Part shown: positions 26,627 to 39,272 of the stretch, in pieces | How positions within the stretch are numbered: the first letter of the stretch is position 1 | Layout of the letters: every line of letters starts with the position of its first letter | Assembly: GCA_951406725.2 (NCBI GenBank) | Contig: OX597819.1 | Location: 14,756,001 to 14,820,000 of the forward strand | Length of the DNA: 64,000 bases | DNA from: Octopus vulgaris | Lineage: Eukaryota | Direction: 5' to 3' | Translations under genes and position numbers: made by a program | Notes under the pieces: model-generated | Database searches by the model: none | Told to the model about the DNA's origin: nothing | What the model saw: only the letters and a program-made list of their open reading frames with translations

Positions 26627-27964
26627 AGGAGGCGAGCTGGCAGAAACGTTAGCACGCCGGGCGAATTGCGTAACCGTATTTCGTCTGCCGTTACGTTCTG
26701 AGCTCAAATTCCGCCGAGGTCGACTTTGTGTTTCATCCTTTCGAGGTCGATTAAATAAGTACCAATTACGCACTGGTATCGATATAATCGACTTAATCCG
26801 TTTGTCTGTCCTTGTTTGTCCCCTCTGTGTTTAGCCCCTTGTGGGCAGTAAAGAAATAGGTATTTCGTCTGCAGCTACGTTCTGAGTTCAAATTCCGCCG
26901 AGGTTGACTTTGCCTTTCATCCTTTCGGGGTCGATTAAATAAGTACCAGTTACGCACTGGTGTCGATATAATCGACTTAATCCGTTTGTCTGTCCTTGTT
27001 TGTCCCCTCTGTGTTTAGCTCCTTGTAGGTAGTAAAGAAATAGGTATTTCGTCTGCAGCTACGTTCTGAGTTCAAATTCCGCCGAGGTTGACTTTGCCTT
27101 TCATCCTTTCAGTGTCGATTAAATAAGTACCAGTTACGCACTGGTGTCGATATAATCGACTTAATCCGTTTGTCTGTCCTTGTTTGTCCCCTCTGTGTTT
27201 AGCCCCTTGTGGGTAGTAAAGAAATAGGTATTTCGTCTGCAGCTACGTTCTGAGTTCAAATTCCGCCGAGGTCGACTTTGCCTTTCATCCTTTCGGGGTC
27301 GATTAAATAAGTACCAGTTACGCACTGGTGTCGATATAATCGACTTAATCCGTTTGTCTGTCCTTGTTTGTCCCCTCTGTGTTTAGCCCCTTGTAGGTAG
27401 TAAAGAAATAGGTATTTCGTCTGCAGCTACGTTCTGAGTTCAAATTCCGCCGAGGTTGACGTTGCCTTTCATCCTTTCGGTGTCGATTAAATAAGTACCA
27501 GTTACGCACTGGTGTCGATATAATCGACTTAATCCGTTTGTCTGTCCTTGTTTGTCCCCTCTGTGTTTAGCCCCTTGTAGGTAGTAAAGAAATAGGTATT
27601 TCGTCTGCAGCTACGTTCTGAGTTCAAATTCCGCCGAGGTTGACTTTGCCTTTCATCCTTTCGGGGTCGATTAAATAAGTACCAGTTACGCACTGGTGTC
27701 GATATAATCGACTTAATCCGTTTGTCTGTCCTTGTTTGTCCCCTCTGTGTTTAGCCCCTTGTAGGTAGTAAAGAAATAGGTATTTCGTCTGCAGCTACGT
27801 TCTGAGTTCAAATTCCGCCGAGGTCGACTTTGCCTTTCATCCTTTCGGGGTCGATTAAATAAGTACCAGTTACGCACTGGGATCGATATAATCGACTTAA
27901 TCCGTTTGTCTGTCCTTGTTTGTCCCCTGTGTGTTTAGCCCCTTGTGGGTAGTTAAGAAATAGG
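26627..27964 (+). mobile_element. SINE-B concatemer: one 5' head plus 7 x 184-bp units
   Basis: Units end with AAGAAATAGG at 26860, 27044, 27228, 27412, 27596, 27780, 27964; each restarts at TATTTCGTCTG. Confidence 0.95.
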
Positions 27965-28161
27965 CAGTGGACCCGTGATGAGATTGGTTTAAAATTTTGG
28001 TACATGGCCAGCAATTTCGGGTGAGTTGGATGGTCAACATTTTTTATCGACACCCAAACGATGAAAAACGAAGTTGACCTCGTCGGAATTAGAACGAAAA
28101 GACGGACGGAAAAGCCGCTTTGCGCTTATAGTGCCGCCTTTCAAATGCTTGAGATTACAAA

Positions 28162-28939
28162 AAATATACTTTTCTATTCTTGGCACAAGGCCCGAAATTT
28201 GGGGGGAGGGGCCAGTAGATTAGATCGACCCCAGTACGTAACTGGTACTTAATTTATCGACCTCCAAAGGATGAAAGTCAAAGTCGACCTCGGCGGAAAT
28301 TTGAACTCAGAACGTAGCGGCAGACGAAATACCGCTAATCACAAAAATACTGCTAATGACAAACAAGGACAGACAAACGGATTAAACTGATTATATCGAC
28401 CCCAGTGACTTAACTGGTACTTAATTTATCGACCCCGAAAGGATGAAAGGCAAAGTCGACCTCGGGGAAATTTGAACTCAGAACGTAGCTGCAGACGAAA
28501 TACCTATTTCTTTACTACCCACAAGGGGATAAACACAGAGGGCACAAACAAGGACAGACAAACGGATTAAGTCGATTATATCGACCCCAGTGCGTTAACT
28601 TGCGTAACTGGTACTTACTTTATCGACCTCGAAAGGATGAAAAGCAAAGTCAACCTCGGGGGAATTTGAATTCAGAACGTAAAGACAGACGAAGTGCCTA
28701 TTTCTATACTACCCACAAGGGGCTAAACACAGAGGACAAACAAGGACAGACAAACGGATTAAGTCGATTATATCGACCCCAGTGCGTTAACTTGCGTAAC
28801 TGGTACTTACTTTATCGACCCCGAAAGGATGAAAGGCAAAGTCGACCTCGGGGGGAATTTGAACTCAGAACGTAGCGGCAGACGAAATACCGCAAAGCAT
28901 TTCGCCCGGCGTGCTAACGTTTCTGCCACTTCACCGCCT
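28162..28939 (-). mobile_element. SINE-B multimer in opposite orientation
   Basis: Head near 28939, tail-1 units, then a tail-2 unit; flanking repeat TTCAAATGCYTGAGATTACAAA at 28140-28161 and 28940-28961. Confidence 0.88.
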
Positions 28940-29152
28940 TTCAAATGCCTGAGATTACAAATGATATTCAAATGCAATGGGCCTCGCACTGCCTTACCCG
29001 TTGCCTCCAAACCCCTCCTCTACACATGGGAACTCTATGGCCGAACTCAAGAATCAATAGGCATGTAAAAAATATTTCCCACCAGCTAATCTCTCCCTTT
29101 CTCTGTCTCTCTCTCTCTCTTTCTCTTTCCCTCTGTCTCTCTCTATCTCCCT

Positions 29153-29205
<53 letters not shown>

Positions 29206-29378
29206 ATACCTTACAACTCCACTTCGTTATATATATATATACATATATAAATATGAATATGTGCGTTTGTATATATATGTATATACGTATATAAATTTAT
29301 ATATATCTCTATACATGGTATATATATTCATATATACATACACACACACACCGAATACACACATAGAGTAAAAAAATG

Positions 29379-29508
<130 letters not shown>

Positions 29509-30007
29509 TACATACATATATGTAAGTATACGTTTGTATATATGTCTCTCTCTCTCTCTGTCTCCATATATCAATTTTTCCCATACATTCTCTCTAGCGC
29601 TGTCTCTATCGCCTCCCCCACTCTCTTATCCTTTTCAAGGACCCTAAATCCAAGCAATTTCCCTCCATGTCTTTTTAATTTCCGGCGACACCCTCCCCCC
29701 TCCTCTCGACACATACCCCATCCCCTCATTTTTTCTTCACTTAATAACATTCAAATTTCTGCCATCATAACACGGCAATCTTCGCTAAGCACGCTACATA
29801 TGCCCTGTCTCCCTCTTACACATATCGACTCTCTTTCTCCCTTTCTAGCCCTCTCTCTCTCTCTCTTTTCCTCTTACATATGCCTATATATCTCTCTGTC
29901 TTTCTTTTTCTCCCCCACTTCACCCTCCCATTCCTCCTCCTCCTCCTCCTCCTCCTCCTCCTCAGCTCATCTCTTCTTTTTCCGCGTCCTCTTCATTTTC
30001 TCCATTT

Positions 30008-30935
30008 GCGAGCTCGCAGAAACGTTTGCACGCGCCGGAGTTCAAATTCCGCCGAGGTCAACTTTGCCTTTCATCCTTTCGGGGTCGATTAAATAAGTAC
30101 CAGTTACGCACAAGAGTTGCATACTCGGGTCGATCTAATCGTCCCCCCCAAAAATTCCAGGCCTTGTGCCTAGAGTAGAAAAGGACATACATGCATCCTA
30201 ATCTCTTATCGTTTACTGGTTTCAGTCATTAGACTGCGGCCATGCTTGGGCACTATCTTTTGTGAAGTTTGGTACTTATTTCATTGGACTCTTTTGCCGA
30301 ACCAAAAAGTTACGGAAATGTAAACACAACAACACCGGTTATCAAGAGTTGGGTTGATGGGGATAAACATACATACATACACCACATATATATACGACAG
30401 GCTTCTTTCAGTTTCCGTCAACCAAACCCTCTCACAAAGCTTTGAGCCGCCCGAGGCTATAGCAGAAGATATTTTGCTCAATGTGTTTCGCAGTAGGACT
30501 GAACCCGGTACCTTGTATTTGGGAAGCAAGCTTCCTACCACACAGCCACGCCCGTATAACATATCTATATCTGTTTATCTATATTTTTATATCTACACAC
30601 ACAAACACTCACACACACACACACTCACACACACACACACATACACAATTTATGTACCCTCGCAGTGGACCTCTCACTACAAGGAAGTATTTAGTACTCC
30701 GCCATCTTTGCTACAAAATATTGGTTTCGTATTTTGGCACAATGCCAGCAGTTTCAGCGGAGAGCTAAGTCGATTACTTCGAACCCTGTGTTCAACTAGT
30801 ACTTATTTAATCGACCCCGAAAGGCTAAAAGGTAAAGCCAACCTTGGAGGAATTTGAACTCAGAACGTAAAGGCGGACGAAATGCCGTTAAGCACTTCGC
30901 TCGGCGCGCTAACGCTTCACCCAGTTCACCGCCAT
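30008..30935. mobile_element. Cluster of diverged SINEs: B (30008-30185 +), A (30205-30556 -), B (30720-30935 -)
   Basis: Homology to families A and B. Confidence 0.8.
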
Positions 30936-31241
30936 TTTGTTACAAATATTGCCGTGTATCTTTAAACAATAAAACTGATCTCATTGATTTCTTGACATCG
31001 ATATATTCTTAGTCTCAGCATTCCTTCATCATTCTTTTACTTGCTTCAGTCATTTGACTGCGGCCATGCTGGAGTATCGCCTTTTAGTCGAACAAATCCA
31101 CCCCAAACTTATTCTTTGTAAGTCCAGTACTTATTTTTATCGGTTTCTTTTGCCGAACTGCTAAGCTACGGGGACGTAAACATACCGACATCGGTTATCA
31201 ATCGATGGTGAGGGGACAAAAACAGACACACAAATACATAC

Positions 31242-31286
<45 letters not shown>

Positions 31287-31308
31287 TAATAATAATAATA
31301 ATAATATA

Positions 31309-31364
<56 letters not shown>

Positions 31365-31452
31365 TACATATATACATTGAAATTGAAAACGGGACAAAGG
31401 ATCCTTTATCAGTTGTTTGCTGTCTATCTACTCGTCATTTCAAGCATTCAAT

Positions 31453-31545
<93 letters not shown>

Positions 31546-31589
31546 CGGAGATTTTTAATTTGATAACTCAACGATTTGTTATCTCAGAC

Positions 31590-31775
31590 CCTTCGAACCG
31601 GAAAAAAAGATGACCTGTCCTTTAAATGTCTCTCCACATCGCTGACAATTGCAGAGTTGTTCGAAACCTAAGATCTCAATGTCCGAGAAAAAATGACGAG
31701 AATAAATGAGGCAGGTTTACAATGTAGTGACCTCTGTCTTGCCGAAAAATTTCACATCATTCGTCAACCCACCTC
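31590..31775 (+). mobile_element. Penelope-like endonuclease remnant
   Basis: KKMTCPLN and CSDLCLAEKFHIIRQP motifs. Confidence 0.55.
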
Positions 31776-32252
31776 AGAAGTAGCACCGAAATTTTCCTCA
31801 AATCAAGCCTCGTTGTTTTGAACAAGGAAAGCTACAACAAGGATGAGCATACTAGATAATGTAATTTTAGAGACGAGGTGGTCATGCTTGGAAGGTCTTT
31901 GATCAGAGTTTTGACCAATCAAATTTGACGTTGTCTACGCAACAACAAAAACAACATTAACTGAAAACTACAACATTGAATTAATTTCAGTTGTTGTCGG
32001 ATACACTGACTTCTTTCTGAGATTTAAAAACAAAAACTTTCTGAGCCAGGTAACGGGATGACACTCAGTTTTATACAATAAACCAGGAATTCCCAGCAGT
32101 GGGCATACGTCCCACCGTTGAGGCCTGGGAAAATTGTAGTGGGACACGGTGTCGTAGTCGCCAGGTACAAGATTCTCATTGAAATTATTCACTTTTTCTT
32201 AATAATGTACTTTTTTTGTACGCAGTACGTAGTAAATGAGTTACTGGGTACA

Positions 32253-32370
32253 CTTTTACTCTTTTAATTGTTTCGGTCATTTGACTGCGGCCATGCTGGA
32301 GCACCGCCTTTAGTCGAGGACGTAAACCCACCAGCATCGGTTGTCAAGCGATGTTGGGGAGACAAACACA

Positions 32371-32450
<80 letters not shown>

Positions 32451-32621
32451 CATATATACGACTGGCTTCTTTCAGTTTCCGTCTACCAAATCTACTCAAA
32501 AGGCTTTGGTCGGCCCGAGGCTATAGTAGAAGACACTTGCCCAAGGTGCTACGCAGTGGGAGTGAACCCTGAACCATGTGGTTCGTTAGCAAGCTACTTA
32601 CCACACAGCCACCCCTACGCC
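32253..32621 (-). mobile_element. SINE family A, internally deleted
   Basis: Homology to family A. Confidence 0.88.
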
Positions 32622-33046
32622 TTTGGTAAAATGTTTTTCTGTTAAATAATTGTGATGATATTAAAAATGAAGTTGTTTTTTTCTTCCAACCACCGGTAGG
32701 ACATACATTTTCCTCGAAAGTTATTGTGGGGCCTGGGAGGAAAGTAGGTTGGGAAACACTGCAATAAACCGTCTGGTTATCGTCAGTTATCGGGTTTCGA
32801 TCACAGCTCGGAATAATTTTTTTTCTTTTTTTTTTTTTTTGTAAGAGGAGTGGTAACTGTCACAATCTATTAATGAGAATAAAATGACAAAGAAGGTTGA
32901 CAGCACAAATGATTTAATGCTGGTTTCTAATACCAGTTTTTACACCGAGATATAGAGGGGAAAAGAGAGAGATGGGGGCGGATCTGTATCATAATTACTG
33001 TCCCTACCGCAATAATTCTCCTACATTGAAATATCTAAAGGTATTT

Positions 33047-33210
33047 ACACTATTTACACTATTTACATTTGACGGATATTTGTCCTCATCTTGATTGTTG
33101 TTAACGCGATGTTTCGGCTGATATACCCTCCAGCCTTCAAGTGTCTTGGGGAAATTTCGATCCTGGGTTCTCATTCCTAAGGTATTTTTCGATGTTGTTG
33201 TTGTTGTTGC

Positions 33211-33265
<55 letters not shown>

Positions 33266-33339
33266 TAGGTCACTGCCTGGAATCGAAATCAGAATCTTGG
33301 GGTTAGTAGCCCGCGTTCTTAACCACTACGCCATATGCC
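33047..33339 (-). mobile_element. tRNA-headed SINE family H with hammerhead-type tail (left arm of palindrome)
   Basis: Minus strand: GGCATATGGCGTAGTGGTTAAG...GATTTCGATTCCAGGCAGTGACC, (AAT)n, GACAC-ttga-AGGCTG-gagggtatat-CAGCC-GAAAC, then a (TGTAAATAG)n end. Confidence 0.8.
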
Positions 33340-33343
33340 TTTG

Positions 33344-33363
33344 GGCATATGGCATAGTGGTTA

Positions 33364-33401
<38 letters not shown>

Positions 33402-33690
33402 TCAAAAAATACCTTAGGATTGAGAACCCAGGTTTGAAATTTACCCATGACACCTGATGAAGGATGGATGGTATATCAGCCAAAACGTTGTGTTAACACC
33501 CCCTTAACAATCGGTATTAGTTTGTTTACGTTCCATTAACTTAGCGGTTTGGCAAAAGAGACTGATAGAATAAGTGCCTGACTTTAAAAATTCCTGGAGT
33601 CGAATTCGCTTCAAGTCATGAGGACAAATATCCGTCAAATGTAAATAATGTAAATAATGTACCAAATTCCTCATCTCTTAAATATAGAAC
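33344..33690 (+). mobile_element. SINE family H, right arm (head partly deleted; interrupted at 33499-33617)
   Basis: Reverse complement of the left arm; GACAC-CTGATGA-AGGATG-gatggtatat-CAGCC-AAAAC-GTT-GTGTT. Confidence 0.8.
33449..33494 (+). ncRNA. Minimal type I hammerhead ribozyme motif (G12A mutant, probably inactive)
   Basis: Stem I GACAC/GTGTT, core CUGAUGA, stem II GG(A)TG/CAGCC, (A)AAAC, palindromic ACGT stem III. Confidence 0.6.
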
Positions 33691-33715
33691 TCTAAATATT
33701 TACTAAGTATAATAA

Positions 33716-34090
33716 GTAGGCGTGGCTGTATGGTAAGGAGCTTGCTTCCCAGCCACATGGTTCTGGGTTCAGTCCTACTGCATGGCACCTTGGGCAAGTG
33801 TCTCCAACTATAGTCTTGGGCCAACCAAGGCCTTGTGAGTGAGTTTGGTGGACGAAAACTGGAAGAAATTTGTATATAATGTGTGTGAATATGCGCGCGC
33901 GTCTTTGTATATCTGTTTGGCCCACCCTTAACAATCGGTGATGGTATGTTTACGTTCCATTAACTTGGTGGTTTGGCAAAAGAGACTGATAGAATAAGTG
34001 CCTAGAGTCGATTCGTTCGACTAATATCTCTTCATGACAGTGCTCCAGTATGGCCACAGTCTAATGACTGAAACAAATAAAGAACTAAAA
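33716..34090 (+). mobile_element. SINE family A, diverged
   Basis: Homology to family A. Confidence 0.85.
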
Positions 34091-34179
34091 GAATGTTTTT
34101 TGCATCCAAATGCGAAAATAAATCGTTGGCCTTTTCATACAAATTTTCTAAAATATGATTTCAATGACATTTTATCCGA

Positions 34180-34570
34180 AACTAGCAGTACCGCCCGGCG
34201 TTGCTCGGGTTTGTTTCGACCTTTTAGAGTTGGAATTTTTGAAAAGTAAAAATTTTGCATTAAGTAGCTTGTTAAACTCTTTAAGTGAACATTTTTCTGG
34301 TTTAAATACACCGAAAAATTGAGATACAGCAGTCAAAAAATCGTAAAAAAAGTAGGAATTTTCAAAGAAAAAAATGCACCTTTTTGATGTAAATAATTTT
34401 TGGTGTTAACATGGTCCGATTTGAATGTTTTCTTCTACAGAAAGAAGAGCAAGCCTTCTTCTATCATAGTCTCAATTTTGGTCAACTTGCGCCGCAGGGT
34501 CTCGAAGGAGATAGTGTTAGTTGAAGGCTACCAAACCTGCCATACACAGACAACTTCAGCTTTATATAGA
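34180..34570 (+). mobile_element. Helentron-associated / DINE-1-like non-autonomous element
   Basis: Starts AACTAGC with subterminal hairpin CCCGGCGTTGCTCGGG; ends ACAGACAACTTCAGCTTTATATAG; no ORF. Confidence 0.55.
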
Positions 34571-34709
34571 GAGAGATAATGTTTTCTAGATATTTTTCCT
34601 TATACACCTGACAGTGAGTGAAAGTTGAGGCGTCAGGTAAAATACCTTGTGATAATCAACTCACTTTCCACTCTTAGTTCATATCCAGTGTTGATAATAC
34701 CTGAATTGA

Positions 34710-35139
34710 AGGCGGCGAGCTGGCAGAACCGTTAGCATGCTGGGCAAAATGCGTAGCCGTATTTCGTCTGCCGTTACGTTCTGAGTTCAAATTCCGCCGA
34801 GGTCGACTTTGCCTTTCATCCTTTTGGGATCGAATAAATAAGTACCAGTTACGTACTGGAGTCGATGTAATCTACTTAATCCGTTTGTCTGTCCTTGTTT
34901 GTCCCCTCTATGTTTAGCCCCTTGTGGGCAATAGAGAAATACGAAACGATAGCGTACCGGACTAAATGCTTGGCAGCATTTCGTCCGTCTTTTCGTTCCG
35001 AGTTCAAATTCCGCCAAGGTAGACTTTCCCTTTCATCCTTTCGGGGTCGATAAATTAAGTACCGGTTGCGTACTGGGGTCGATGTAATCGACTGGCCCCC
35101 TCCCCCAAAATTTCGGGCCTTGTGTCTATAGTAGGAAAG
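34710..35139 (+). mobile_element. SINE-B dimer (tail-1 unit plus tail-2 unit) inside one 17-bp TSD
   Basis: GATAATACCTGARTTGA at 34693-34709 and 35140-35156. Confidence 0.9.
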
Positions 35140-35728
35140 GATAATACCTGAGTTGATTGAAAAGAATTACAGCCATTTTGGCACCAGTCTAATCACTAAA
35201 ACCAATAATTACCAAAGACAGACTTTGTTTTCTAGTTTTTATTAAAAATTTTTTTTTTTCTTCGTTTATAACGACGTCAGATATTGCTTAGAAAAAAACC
35301 AATTAGAGAAAATGCTGAAATAATTAAAACGAAAACAGAGAACACACATCTGTTTGTTATTGAATTAATGACAGGTTTGAGAATTTAATCAAATAAAATC
35401 GTTATGGAATCAGATTTAATACTGTGAAATACGTCGGTTCTATATTTTATTATAGTTTAAAAACAGAACATAACACTGAAGATTGATGATATTCCTGGCG
35501 AAAGATGGTCAGAGAATGGAAGATTGGCGTAAAAAAACACAGCCGTAATCATTCAATGCGGATTTCTGCAAATAAATAAGAGAGAGAAAACGTTTGTGTA
35601 GTGTTTGTATAGTAGTTCCATGACTAGGCAGCCGCCTACATCAGGTAGAAAACATCTAAGGAATGCAAGATAAGGAAGATTTCAGCTGCGAAACCTTCAA
35701 TGAGAAAAAAGAGTAAAAGAAAAAAACT

Positions 35729-35759
<31 letters not shown>

Positions 35760-35938
35760 GATGAAAGAAGAAGAAGAAATATAATAAATCGTTTTAGCAT
35801 TGGCTCATCTACGAAAAGAGTCGACTGTTCTGGATTTGCGAAGATCATGATATATGTGTTTGTGTGTGTGTGTGTGTGTATGAGTGTGTTTGTATGTATG
35901 TGTAGTTATATATATATATAATATATATATATGTGTGT

Positions 35939-35986
<48 letters not shown>

Positions 35987-36054
35987 CTGTTTCTATATAA
36001 CTACTCTCCCTGTGTGCAACACCATGTATATATTTGTTTGTGTATCTATGTATC

Positions 36055-36158
<104 letters not shown>

Positions 36159-36310
36159 CATACATACATACATACATACATACATACATACATGTGTGTG
36201 TATACACACAAACGCACAAATATATATATGGTGCTGCATACATAGAAGAGTAGTTATATAGAAACATTCATTTTAAGCAAAGACACTCCAATAGTAACCA
36301 CCCCACCAAG

Positions 36311-36373
<63 letters not shown>

Positions 36374-36376
<3 letters not shown>

Positions 36377-36724
36377 GTCTAGGGGTGGCTGTGTCGTAAG
36401 CAACAACATGGTTCCGGGTTCAGTCTCACGGCGTGGTACTTTGGTCAAGTGTCTTCTACTAAAACCTCGGGCCAACCAAAGCCTTGTGAGTAGATTTAGT
36501 AGACGGAAACTGAAAGAAGCCCGTCGTATATATATATATCATATATACGTGTGTGTATATGTTTGTGTGTCTGAGTTTGTCCCCTCACCATCGCTTGTCA
36601 AGTTCGGCATAAGAGACCAATAGAATAAGTACTAGGCTTACAAAGAATAAGTCCGGGGGTCAATTCCTTCGACTATTGGCGGTGCTCAAGCATGGCCTCA
36701 GTCAAATGACTGAAACGAATAAAA

Positions 36725-36728
<4 letters not shown>
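36374..36728 (+). mobile_element. SINE family A within (TA)n
   Basis: Homology to family A. Confidence 0.85.
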
Positions 36729-36819
<91 letters not shown>

Positions 36820-37330
36820 AGGCTGTTCCGTTGATCGAATCAATTGGAAACCTCATTGTCGCAACTGACGAAGTACCAGTTATAGTTTATGTATGTATGT
36901 GTGTATGTGTATGTATGTATGTGTGTGTACGTATGTGTGTGTGTATATGTATGTATGCACGTATGTATATGTATGTATGCACGTATGTATATGTGTGCGA
37001 ATGTATGTATGTATGTATGTATGTATGTATGCATGCATGTATTTGTGTATGTATATATGGATGTGTGTGTATGTATACATGTATGTATGTATGTATGTAT
37101 GTGTGTGTATGTATGTATGTATGTATGTATGTATGCATGCATCTATGTATATGTGTGTGTATGTATGTGTGTGTGTGTTGTTAAGAAGCTTACTTTGCAA
37201 GCGCGTGGCTTTGGTTTCACTCCAACGGCTGACCCCTGCAACAAGTCCCTTTTTCTATGGCCTGGGACCGACCAATGCCTTGTAAGTGAATTTGGTGGGC
37301 AAAAACTGTTTGGTATCCCGTCGTCTTCCT

Positions 37331-37377
<47 letters not shown>

Positions 37378-37404
37378 TTTATATATACATATATATATAT
37401 ATAC

Positions 37405-38557
37405 TTTTACTCCTTTATTCTTTTACTTGTTTCAGTCATTTGACTGCGGCCATGCTGGAGCACCGCATTTCGGCGAACAGATCGATCTCAAGACTTATTC
37501 TCTGTAAGCCTGGTACTTACATACATACAAACTGCTACGTTTCGGGGACATAAACACACCAACATCGGTTGCCAAGCTAGGGTGTGGGGACAAATACGGA
37601 CACATAAATACATACATACATACATACATACATACATACATACATACATACATACATACATACATGGTGGCTGCCCCCTCGTTATCGAGTATGGCCATTG
37701 CGCGAAGCATAATCGATGTTGTTATCGTGCAATGCCTGTGCCAAAAGATTTTTTATTAAAGTGAGTAAAGGCTGTGCACTGAGTCAATCCCACTCACTAA
37801 GCAACAGCAGCCATAATCCGAAAAGAAGAACAAGTCAACATCATGGGTAACCACTGAGCCGCAGGTTTTATGTCGTAGTTATCCCAGTTACCTGAGTTAC
37901 CTTCTCCTAGAAGGATGCCCTGACAAAGGCTAGGAGTCCTTCACTCCCAATGGTTTAACTGCACGATCGGGTATTCAGTCCGATTATTTCTATGTCCCCG
38001 CGCATGATACAGCCTTAAGACATTTATTGGATGGCCGTTGACTCTCAAGAGTTCCTCCGCCCTTTGACGGGTTTTGTTTTTCATCCCGCAGGGTGTCCAA
38101 TAAACACCCTCCTCACCAAGCAAGCTTGGTGGAGTTGCCGGTTTAGTCGCCGACGACCCGACCATGCAACAGGTTGTACTGGGTTACATGTTACCAGTAG
38201 CACTCGAAAGTGACCTGACATGCATCATACATACATACATACATACATACATACATACACATACATACATACACATACATACACACACAACATACATACA
38301 CATGCATACATACACATACATACATACATACATACATACATACATACATACATACATACATACATACATACATACATACATACATACATGTATATATATG
38401 ACGAGCTTCTTTCAGTTTCCGTTTACCAAATCCACTCACAAGGCTTTGGTCGGCCCGAGGCTATAGTAGAAGACACTTGCCCAGGGTGTCATGCAGTGGG
38501 ATTGAACCCGGAACCGTGTGGTTGGAAAGCAAGCTTCTTACCGCACAGCCACTCCTG
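37405..38557 (-). mobile_element. SINE family A split at its internal microsatellite by a nested element
   Basis: 3' half at 37405-37605, 5' half at 38398-38557. Confidence 0.75.
37664..38220 (-). mobile_element. Non-autonomous RTE-like element nested in (TACA)n
   Basis: 38025-38220 is the reverse-complement homolog of 60563-60760; no ORF; RTE assignment tentative. Confidence 0.55.
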
Positions 38558-38573
38558 AGCCGACGATATATAT

Positions 38574-38604
<31 letters not shown>

Positions 38605-39094
38605 ATGTCTTTGTTTTTGTCCCCTACCAACGCTTGGCAATCGATGTTGGTTTGTTTACATCCTTGTAACGTAGTGATTTGGAAAGAAAGGCAGATTGGA
38701 TAAGTACTGGGGTCATTTTGTTCGACTAACCCCTTCATGGAGGTACCCCAGCATGGCCGTAATCCAATGAATGAAACAAAAGCAAACGATAACCATTGTC
38801 CAACCCCTGTCCAATGTTTGTTCATCCCTTTATGTCACTGGCATGATGAGGATAACTTGGAAGATTTGACAGCCCCATGGTAGAAACAGCTGTAAGGGTT
38901 TGGTATTTGTACACTCATCTATTCTTATTAATTTATTTCTATTTATATATTTATTTATGTATTTATTGGCTTATTTCATTCATTTACTTGGATCACTTAC
39001 ACATATGATTGCAATCAATTAATACATAGATATAATTGAATGTTTACAGTCTGATGTTTGTCGATTGTTTATCCTCTCCATTTTCTTATATATA

Positions 39095-39233
39095 TCGTGG
39101 CACTCCGTCGGTTACGACAAGGAGGGTCCCAGTTGATCTATTTCTTTATTGCCCGCAAGGGGCTAAACACAGAGGGGACAAACAAGTACATACAAAGGGA
39201 TTAAGTCGATTATATCGACCCCAGTGTGTAACT

Positions 39234-39272
<39 letters not shown>

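Noticed and set aside
26677-27964. CRISPR array or hammerhead retrozyme
   Set aside because: Units are identical end to end with no unique spacers, and I see no CUGANGA/GAAA core; they are SINE-derived
35480-35720. Possible host-gene 5' exon
   Set aside because: Unique sequence but only a 17-codon ORF and no supporting signals
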